Shown here piece by piece: positions 12,938 through 22,775 of a stretch of 53,272 bases of DNA. Below the pieces are notes generated by a model. That model saw nothing but the letters and a program-made list of their open reading frames with translations. It did not search any database and had not been told where the DNA came from. The translations under genes were made by a program, and so were the position numbers. The stretch is from Octopus sinensis (Eukaryota): positions 1-53,272 of the forward strand of contig NW_021835068.1 in assembly GCF_006345805.1 (NCBI RefSeq). Reading direction: 5' to 3'. Numbering within the stretch: position 1 is the stretch's first letter; each line of letters starts with the position of its first letter.

Positions 12938-13468
12938 GCGCAGGCACGGATGTGTGGTAGGAAGCTTCCTTCGCAACATGCTTTCGGGTTCAAAAAAGAG
13001 TCCTCGAGCATAGCTTCAGGCTGACCAAAGTCTGAGGTGATTTGGGTAGACGGAAACTGAAATTCGTCAATACACACACACCATACACATACATATTTAT
13101 ATATATACATATATATATAAATATATATATATATATAAATATATATATATCAATATATATATAAATATATATAAATATATTATATATTATATATATATAT
13201 ATATATATAAACGTATGTGCAATACATAAATATATATATATCTTTCTTTCTCCATAAGTTTATTCTTCGACAATACATATATATATGCATGTGTGTATGT
13301 AGCTGTGTTTGTTCCTCTCCGCCGCTTGACAAACCTGTGTTGGGTGAGTTTACGTTCCAGTAACTTAGCAGTTCGGAAAGAGAACCGATAGAATAAGTAT
13401 TAGGCTCAAAAACAATAAAGCAAACCTTGACGGTAGTGGTCCAGCATGATCGTAGTCAAATGTATGAA
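12938..13468 (+). mobile_element. SINE family A, diverged, with expanded central (TA)n
   Basis: Head at 12938-13065 and 3' half at 13290-13468. Confidence 0.7.
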
Positions 13469-13552
13469 AAAATTATAAAAAAGATATACATACATAAATA
13501 CATACAAACACATACAAACGTACATACATACATACATACATACATACATACA

Positions 13553-14089
13553 TGGTGGCTGCCCCCTCGTTATCGAAGCTTAATCAATGTTGTTATCGTG
13601 CAATGCCTGTGCAAGAAGATTTCTTTTTTAAGTGAGGAAAGGCTGTGCACTGAGTCAATCCCACTCATTGAGCAACAACAGGCATAATCCGAAAAGAAGA
13701 ACAAGTCAACATCATCGGTAACCACTGAGCCGCAGGTTTTATGTCGGAGTTATCCCAGTTACCTGAGTTACCTTCTCCTAGAAGGATGCCCTAACAAAAG
13801 CTAGGAGTCCTTCACTCCCAATGGTTTAACCGCGCGATCGGGTATTCAGTCTGATTATTTCTATGTCCCCGCGCATGATTCAGCCTTAAGACATATATTG
13901 GATGGCGGTTGACGCTCAAGAGTTCCTCCACACTTTGACGGATTTTGTTTTTAATTCCGCAGGGTGTCCAATAAACACCTTCCTCATCAAGCAAGCTTGG
14001 TGGGGTTGTCGGTTTAGTCGCCGACGACCCGACCATGCAATAGGTTGTACTGGTTATATGTTACCAGTAGCACTCAAAAGTGACCTGAC
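13553..14089 (-). mobile_element. Non-autonomous RTE-derived element (RTE-like 5' leader plus RTE-like 3' tail, no ORF)
   Basis: 13897-14089 aligns with 18218-18410 including identical 5' end GTCAGGTC; 3' end CTTCGATAACGAGGGG resembles RTE tail CTTCGAACCCGAAGG; ends in (TATG)n. Confidence 0.7.
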
Positions 14090-14098
14090 ACAACATAA

Positions 14099-14150
<52 letters not shown>

Positions 14151-14183
14151 TGTGTGTGGTGTGTGTGTGTGTGTGTTTGTGTA

Positions 14184-14233
<50 letters not shown>

Positions 14234-14329
14234 TGTGTATCGATCGATCTATCTAAGCAGTTATGCGGAAACAAATTAAATATGACAGCTTAGGTTTGAT
14301 ATACAAAATATGTATACGTGTATATATGT

Positions 14330-14373
14330 CGAGGCGCGTGGCTTAATGTTTAGGGCATTCAGCTCACGATCGT
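14330..14373 (+). mobile_element. Truncated tRNA-like SINE head
   Basis: GAGGCGCGTGGCTTAATGTTTAGG with A-box-like TGGCTTAATG; truncated before B box. Confidence 0.5.
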
Positions 14374-14448
14374 ACATACATACATACATACATACATACG
14401 TACATACATAATACATGCACAGATACACACATTCATACATACGTACAT

Positions 14449-17400
14449 ATGATGATGTTCGTCCTTCGGGTTCGAAGATGACCATTGACATCATTCGGTG
14501 GAATTGCTGCTATGAGACCGGAGGTGGCTGGTGAGGCCAATCCGGGCAAGGAAGCCCCTCCCATAGGTGGGGCAGAAGTGGGTAGGGGCTGTGCTACTGG
14601 TGCAAGTGGCTCTGGCTTTCCGCATCTGGCGTTTCTGTTCTGCTGACTGAATCCGTCTCTCCTCGGCTGTCTTTGCTCCTGTGGTGATTGCGCTACGCCA
14701 GGATGAGCGGTCGGCAGCAAGTGTCTCCCAAGTCTCTGTGTCGATGGAGAAGTCTTTGAGAGAGACTTTGAGACTGTCCTTGAAGCGCTTCTTCTGCCCT
14801 CCGACTTTGCGTTTGCCCTGGCTGAGTTCACCGTAGAAAGAGCTGTTTTGGGATGCGAGTGTCGTCATGTGGGAGACGTGGCCCGCCCATCTCAGCTGGG
14901 CCTTGCGCATGATTGTGATGGTGCTAGGGAGATCTGCCTGTTTCAGAATTTCCGTGTCTGGGACTTTGTCCTGCTAGCGGATGTGAAGGAGGTTCCGAAG
15001 ACACCTGAGGTGGAAGTGGTTTATCTGGCGCTCGTGCCTTCGGTAAGCAGTCCACGTCTCGCAGCCGTATAGTAGGGTGGTAAGCACGACTGCCCGGTAG
15101 ACTTTCAGCTTGGTGTTGAGGCTGATTCCTCTCTGCTCCCAGACTTTCTTTCGCAGTTTCCCAAACGCGCTGCTTGCCTTGGAGATTCTGTTGAAGATTT
15201 CAGCATCTATGTTGGCATTGCAGGAGAGAGTGCTGCCCAGGTAGGTGAAGTTTTCCACCGCTCGTAGGATCCGTCGTTCACCTTTATCTGAGCTCATGGT
15301 ATTGTTTGCCGGGTGCTGGCTGAAACATCACTTCTTCGGTTTTCTTGGCACTGATGGTGAGACCGAAGTTGTCACAGGCTGATGTGAACCTGTCCATCCC
15401 GAGCTGCATCTCCTGCTCATCGATTGGCATTAAGAGGGCAGTCGTCAGCAAAGAGGAAGTCTCTGACGACTGTCTCCCTTACCCTTTGTGACGGCCTGCA
15501 ATCTTCTGGAGTTGAAAAGTTTCCCGTCTGTCCTGTACTTGATGTCGATACCGGACTGGCAGTCCCTGAAGGCGTCGGACAGCATTGCCGAAACATGATG
15601 CTGAACAGTGTTTGGACACAGCCACGCCTAACTCCGTTGGTCACCTGGAAGGCTTCAGATGAGTTGCCGTCCTCAAGGACTCTGGCTGTCATTCCATCGT
15701 GGAAACTGGCGGACAATTGCAATAAATTGCTGGGGCAACCAAATTTTCCCATGACCTTCCATAGTCCCTCCCGACTGACTGTATCGAAAGCCTGGTGAGG
15801 TCAACAAAGGTCATGCAGAGGTCAAGGTGCTGCTCCATGCATTTCTCCTGGAGCCGACGGGCGGCGAATATCATGTCAGTGGTCCCTCGACCGCGCGGAA
15901 GCCACACTGGCTCTCAGGGAGAGGCCTTGCTCCAAGTGTTCCAGAAGGCGGTCAAGCAGGCTCGGGCCAGGATCTTGCCTGCTATGGACAAGAGGGAGAT
16001 TCCTCGGTGGTTGTCGCAGGACTGTCGATCTCCTTTCCGCTTTAAATGTGGACGATTGTTGCGTCCGGAAATCTTGAGGAAGTTGTTCCCTGTCCCACAT
16101 GACTGGAACAGGCTGGTGAGCTGACTGATCATGGTGGGGCCGCCCGACTTGAACACCTCTGAAGGGATGGCGTCAGAGCCTGGAGCTTTGCCGGTGGACA
16201 TTTTTTTGATGGCTCTGCTCACTTCCTCGACTGCAGGGGGAACAGCCAGCTCGTGGTTTGTCGGCACCTGGGGGAGTCGTGCGATGGCTTCCTCGTTGAT
16301 CTGGGCTGGTCGGTTGAGCACGATGTTGAAATGCTCCGCCCATCTCTCCAGGATCAGCTTCTTGTTAGTCAGGAGTGAGGTTCCATCCGAGCTGAGCAGG
16401 GGGGTTGATCCAAAGGAGGATTGCGGTCCATAGACAGCTTTCAGCGCCTCGTAGAATTTCTTGGTGTAGTGTTTGTCTGCGTATCCCTGAATCTCATCCG
16501 CCTTGGCGTTTAACCATGCGTCTTGCATGAGGCGGAGTTTTGCCTGGACTGTGCTGCGAATGTTGTTGAAAGCAGCCTTCTTTGCCGTGCAGGTGGTGTC
16601 ATTTTGGTGGGCCCGCAGCAGACGGCGTTTCTCTTCCAGGAGCTTTTGGATTTCCCGGTCGTTTTCGTCGAACCAGTCCTGGTGGTTCCTCGTAACTTGG
16701 CCTAGAATTTCAAGGGCGATGGAATGAACCGTGTCCCTCAATGATTCCCACTACTCAACGATGCTGGACTGGTCATTCCGAATGTCCAACAGCTTGCTGT
16801 CCATACGTGACTGGAGATCTTGTGCAGTCAGCTGGTTCTTTAATTTCGTGATGTTAAGCTTCCTCGTCACTTTCTGACCCTGTGGTCTTCTCTTAGGTCG
16901 GATGTAGAAATCCATCCTGGAGATGATGAGGCGATGGTCCGTCCAGCAATCAGCTCCACACATGGCCTTGACCAGTCTCACGTCCCGCCTGTCTTTCGCC
17001 CTGACGATGACGTAATCTATCAGATGCCAGTGTTTGGAGCGTGGATGCATCCATGATGTCTTGTTGCGTGTTGGCAGACGGAACAAGGTGTTGGCGATGG
17101 TAAGATCATGAGAGGCACACGCACGCAGGAGGAGCTGCCCGTTGTTGTTGCACTTTCCGATTCCTTGCTTTCCCAGCACACGATGCCAGGGTTGGTGGTC
17201 AGTCCCGACACGGGCGTTAAAATCCCCAAGGAGGATGAGCTTCCCAGGCTGGGCTGACGTGGATGAGGGAGTCGAGTTGCTCATAGAACCTGTCCTTAAC
17301 TTCTTCAGGTTGGTCGGGTGGGGGCGTAAGCGCTGATGATGGTCGCACTAGTCTTGTTTCCAAGTGGGAGCTGCATCTTCATCAGCCGATCGTTGATACC

Positions 17401-18410
17401 TCGGGGGAGCTTTCCAGTTTCCGCACGTGTACTGACTGATGGCAAACCAACACCAGCCTCACGACGCTCTTCGCCGCTGCGACCCACTCCTAAAGAAAGT
17501 GTAGCCGCCGCCTGTCCTCTGTCAGCCGGCCTTTGTCCGCAAGGCGGGTCTCGCTCAGTGCTGCGATATCGACATTGTATCGGCTCAGTTCTCTGGCCAC
17601 CAGGGCAGTTCGTCTCTCTGGTCTGTCCGCTTCGGTGTTGTCAAGCAGAGTTCTCACGTTCCAAGTTGCGAAAGTGAGCACCTTTGTTTGTTTTCTTTCT
17701 TTGTTTCGACCGCTTGGAAAGGATCCCCGCAGCCGCCGGTTTGCTGACCAGGTGATGTGAGGCAGGCTATGTTTAGGGCAACATTTTCTAGCCCCGTCCT
17801 CATGCTGGGGAGGCGAGCAGAGCGATCCTGAAGAGGGCTGCTCGGTCAGTCAGGAGGCTGCCGGACTCCACTGCTGCCTCAGTTCAATGAGGGGCGACCA
17901 CATGTCCTGAGCCGCCTGTGTGTGGGTTCCCGACTGCAGCTCCCAGTGTATCCTCACCTGCTACTTCGCCGTTTCCCCATCTCCACAGGACTTTGTGATG
18001 TTGGTGTGATGTTGGTGTCATGATGTCATGACGTGCGCGTGACTTGGATTATAGTGAGGGTGACTTGCGCAGGATCAGCCTCACTCTCTCGTCCTGGTGC
18101 GCCGGATCCAGTGGCAAGACAAAGTCAAGACGGCTGGGGGTAGACCAGGATGCAGGAGCTGCCGGAAGGTGGAACACATGGCGCAATCCAACCGCCTTAG
18201 GGACTCCACTCCGGATTTTGGATGGCCATTGACTCATGAGAAAGTTCCTCTGCCCTTTGACAGGTTTTGTTTTTAGTCCTGCTGGGTGTCCAAATCACCC
18301 TCCTCACCAAGAAATCTTGGTGGGGTTGCCAGTTTAGTCGCCAACGACCCGACCATGTAACAGGTTGTACTGGGTTACATGTTACCAGTAGCTCCAAGCG
18401 GAGACCTGAC
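14449..18410 (-). mobile_element. Near full-length RTE/BovB-type LINE (~3.96 kb) embedded in (TACA)n
   Basis: ~0.7 kb 5' UTR, APE-RT-zinc finger coding region, short 3' UTR ending (CAT)n; much more GC-rich than flanks. Confidence 0.95.
14491..17715 (-). pseudogene. RTE APE endonuclease-reverse transcriptase ORF, broken by frameshifts
   Basis: TFATWNVRTL, LSETR, ILLGDFNARVG, HWHLIDYVI, TDHRL (APE); KAPGSD, NHRGISLLS, FVDLT, NGVRRGC, FLFADDC, FTYLGS (RT); LRWAGHV; CPTYGRGFLARIGLTSHLRSH (C2H2-like, one C->Y). Confidence 0.95.
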
Positions 18411-18497
18411 ACATACATACATACATACATACATACATACATACATACATACATACATACATACATACATACATACATACATACATACATACATACA

Positions 18498-18531
<34 letters not shown>

Positions 18532-18562
18532 CATACATACTTACATACATACATACATACAT
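18411..18562. repeat. (TACA)n microsatellite
   Basis: Directly visible. Confidence 0.97.
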
Positions 18563-18596
18563 ACGTACAAACATACAGTTTATATATTATATATAT

Positions 18597-18780
18597 AAGG
18601 GGAGAATCACACAAAAAAGAACAAAAACAAAATGACGAAGACAGGTGGTGTAGACAACAAACCAATGTGTTAGTTTACCGCTCGGGAAGTGAAAAAGTCT
18701 TTAACATTTCGAGTCTACGCTCTTCCACAGAAAGAAACAAGAGAGAAAAATAAAAATGTGCAGTGGCTAGCGATCTATAT
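18597..18780 (-). mobile_element. Penelope-like terminal-repeat remnant with degenerate minimal hammerhead motif
   Basis: Minus strand CTTT-CTGTGGA-A-GAGCGTAGACTC-GAAATGTT-AAAG; similar to 33800-33949 and 48178-48385; between (TA)n tracts. Confidence 0.55.
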
Positions 18781-18836
<56 letters not shown>

Positions 18837-18882
18837 CTAAACTGGCAATATGACCATTCCGAAATATACAATATATATAACA

Positions 18883-18995
<113 letters not shown>

Positions 18996-19199
18996 CAATA
19001 TATATAACATATATATATATATAATATATATATGTAGATATATGTACGAGAAAGAAGTAACAAGAATGCTTCTTTCTCGTTTATAATCACCCCACATTAC
19101 TGTGGGTTAACACCATATAGTTTTTCTGGTGCATCTAAGTTAAGTACCACATTCAAGTAAATTCATTGGAATTTACTTGAATCTTAATTGCTTTGTATA

Positions 19200-19242
<43 letters not shown>

Positions 19243-20324
19243 TATATATTATATATCTGTACATATGTATGTATGTATATATACACACTATATGTATGGT
19301 ATATATATATATAAAGGAAATGAAGAAAATGCTGACAAAATAATTTAGTAAAGGAGAGTGTATTTAATTAGGTGAAAGTTCTTTTTACCGGTTGCGCATT
19401 TGTTATCACAACTCGTGTTCCACATCTCCTTTTTTAAAATATATATATATATATTTGCATACATATATGTATGTATGGAAACACACGCACACACATTGCA
19501 TCGCTTCGCTACTCACTTTCTCCACAAGTTATTCTTCGATAATACTTGACTAAACCTGCAGATATGTGTTCCTTCACAACAAATTCCATTTTTCTTTCTT
19601 TCGCTGCCACCGACGACAAAAATTATTTCGACAGCAGCAGCAAAGCCAATATATCTAGAACGATTTTATTTTTCCTTATTGATGTTGTTGTTGGTGTTGT
19701 ACTCATTTTCAATTCTCTCCTTATCCATGAATGTATAATCGGGTCAAAAGTACATATGATACAAAGGAAAAAAGTATGATAAAACTAATAACACACTGGT
19801 ATGTTTCCATGTCGAGTTGATCGTGTTGAAGATGGGCGGTGGGTGGGTAGTATAAACGAAGGCTCAGTCTTTCGCATGATTATTCATAGGGCACACGCAA
19901 GCACAGGAAAATGTTTTTTTCCCCTTGCTCTTTTGTCGATAATTCGTGAGGAACTGAAGCTCGGTTCTGGGGCTGCAAGTTAACAGAACACATTGCAGTT
20001 TTATATTGTTACCATTGCTTACAGCAAGCAGTATCTTCAGTTGGACACGGACAAAATATTTTTTTTCTCTCTATGAGTCAAGATTTGCGTCTAATTAGAT
20101 GTCATTGCCCATGCATCCAATGGCAAAATCTTCAGTGTTGTAACAGTAATCGTAGAAATAGTAAAACGATATTCATGTTACAAATGATAGAGATATTAGG
20201 CATAATTTCATCCAAGAGGTTAGGTATGAAATTAATAGATATTGCTTAAAATGTGATTTCCAAGTTCCAGAGCAAACAATAGATTTTTAAAAATAAATAA
20301 TGATAATCACTTTTGTCTACATAC

Positions 20325-20478
20325 GGGCGCACGTGTGGGTGTGCGGTAAGAAACTTGCTTCCCAAACACTTGGTTCCGACTTCAGTCCCAAAGCGTGGTC
20401 TTTTACTGTGGCCACAGACCGACCAAAGCCTTGTGAATGGATTTGGGATACAGAAACTGAAAGACGCCCGTCGTGTAT
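20325..20478 (+). mobile_element. SINE family A, 5' half
   Basis: Head and core GACCAAAGCCTTGTGAATGGATTTGG...GCCCGTCGT. Confidence 0.8.
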
Positions 20479-20950
20479 ATATACACAAAGAAAATAAAGG
20501 GAAGGAAGTAAGGTGTTATAAGTACAACAGTCTCTGGGGGCTCGGGGATCTATCATAATTATCTATCTGATAATCAGGCCATAATGGAAGCAACCAATTT
20601 TAGATATATCGAGCTTCCATCACCAGGGTAGAAAAGATATGTTATCATAAATATCTATATATTTATACTTAGGTATTCATTGTCTGAATGTCTTCAGTGT
20701 TAGTTTTCCCTCGTTTTGCGTTTATACATATATACAAGCAGTTATATTCAATTTATTTGTCTACATAATTGCCTCTATATCTGTTCAACTTGATTCCTCA
20801 TATAGTCTCTCTTTACACCGCGGAATTGGACATTCATAAAGACATAAGAGTCTAAGTTTGATTCATTTGAGCGCTACTACGTGTTTTCTATACTGAGAAT
20901 CTCTGGATTCTGCTGACTACACACACACATACATATATATATATATCTTT

Positions 20951-21312
20951 AAAGGAAAAAGAAGAAAATGGAGATTTTTAAGTTACTAAGTGTTTATTAT
21001 CAGCATGAAATCGATCATTATCCCTACAGCTGTTTCAATTAAACACAGTGAAATTAATTAAATATTTAGTTCATATTTTGGGGCATAATCTCTTCGGAGA
21101 GAAACAAATAAAAACACATAGACGTTAGGTATGTGTCTTTATAGATTCATTACAGCAGACTGAATGATACTGTTTATGGCTTGTATTTATGTGCTTGGGC
21201 GAGGGGTTTGCAGGCTGGTTGTAGAATTGAAACAATTGTAAAGGATAATGATCGATTTGTTGCTGATAATAAACTCTTATTAACTTCAAAATCTTCATCT
21301 TCTTTTTCCTTT
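20951..21312. mobile_element. Inverted pair of Penelope-like terminal-repeat remnants (~90 bp arms 20951-21040 and 21225-21312) carrying hammerhead elements
   Basis: Arms are reverse complements; minus strand CCGAAGA-GATTA...TAATT-GAAACAGCTGTA; plus strand GAAACAATTGTA. Confidence 0.65.
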
Positions 21313-21435
21313 TCGTGAATATAAACTACAGTTTATATGCAAACCTATTATTCTCTACAAAATATTAAGTATTGAACAGTATTTCCTTGGATGACATCAT
21401 CCCCCCATGAGGCTAACATTACCTCGAACTGAATG

Positions 21436-21474
<39 letters not shown>

Positions 21475-21519
21475 CACACACCTGTAATTTTTGTGTGCAT
21501 AAATGTGTGTTTCTGTATC

Positions 21520-21722
21520 TGTGTGTCTTTTGAATCTGTGTTGGTCCTCCTCCATTACTTGACAACCAGTAACTTAGAGTTTCGGCATAAGTATCCAATA
21601 GAATAAGTATCAGACATTTTTTCTTTAATAAAAGTGCTGGGGTTGATTCATTCGACTAAAATTCTTCAAGGCTGTGCCCCAGCGTGGCCGCGGTCTTATG
21701 ACCGAAACAACTAAAAGACAAA
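21520..21722 (+). mobile_element. SINE family A, 3' half
   Basis: CTTGACAACC...CAGCGTGGCCGC...GACCGAAACAA. Confidence 0.8.
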
Positions 21723-22167
21723 ATATATATGAGTGTCCCTATCTCAATTGAAATTATACTTAAAAAAGCTAAATACCAAAAAAAAAAGTAATGGATTATC
21801 TATTTTGACACAAGATCACAGAACTTGATATTCATGAATCTGATGTTAGAAAATAGAGTTTTTGGCATTCATTTACCGTTAATTCGAAAGCAGGTATTGT
21901 ATTGTTCAGAAATTTTCTCATTGAGGATAAAATCATGTGCGGGTCTTTTGGCAAGTTTTTCAACCATGAATTCGCGTCGACTGTGGCCTTATGAATAAAA
22001 TTTGATAGATAGAAACTGTGGAAGTTCGTCTGATTGAGTGTTTATGAATGAGAAGTTTAGTTTATACTGGTCCAATAAGACCGTCACCCGTTCCTTTAGT
22101 AGTGTTGGCAGGTTAAGAAGTTCGCTCAGCACCCGTGTGATTACGAGTTCCGTCCCACTGCGCGGCA

Positions 22168-22619
22168 TGCGAAATTTTTTTCTCACGAGTGTTCTGGACC
22201 CCAGTTATGAACTCATCTGCAGACAACCAATCAGTGCTCATCATGACCGATCGCCAAGTTATGCCTGATTTTAGGAGATAAGTAATTTGCATCTATACCT
22301 ATTATCGGATTTTGTTAGGGCCCCTTATGGTAAAGATATGAATGGGAAAATGTGGGTAGAAGGGTATGTGCTAGCAACTCTCTCCCCTTACTGTTTTACA
22401 AAGTAAACGACAACGCAACTACGCAGAGGCAGCCATGGTTGAAACAAGAACAAAACCAAGAAGCATTATCTAAAAAGAAAAGAAGCATGGTAATTCCTTA
22501 CCCAAGTCACCTTATCTTATCGTCCATCACTTATGCGCTCATGAATTAATTTGGTAGTTGAGCTCTGATTGGCTGTATGCAAATGAGTTCCGGAACCCTC
22601 GTAGGGAAAAAATTTTGTG
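22168..22619. mobile_element. MITE / non-autonomous DNA transposon inserted in an old family A SINE
   Basis: Imperfect ~65-75 bp TIRs (22168-22243, 22557-22619); flanking direct repeat (G)CGCGGCA at 22160/61-22167 and 22619/20-22626; SINE sequence resumes after it. Confidence 0.75.
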
Positions 22620-22707
22620 CGCGGCAGCTTAGCGAAGAGTATTTTAGTTTAGTTCCAGGCACCGATCAGTCATTTTGTCAGTAAACTTGGTAGAAGAAAA
22701 GTATCGA

Positions 22708-22775
<68 letters not shown>
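22708..22775. repeat. (TATC)n at 5' junction of Tx1 copy 2
   Basis: Directly visible. Confidence 0.97.
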
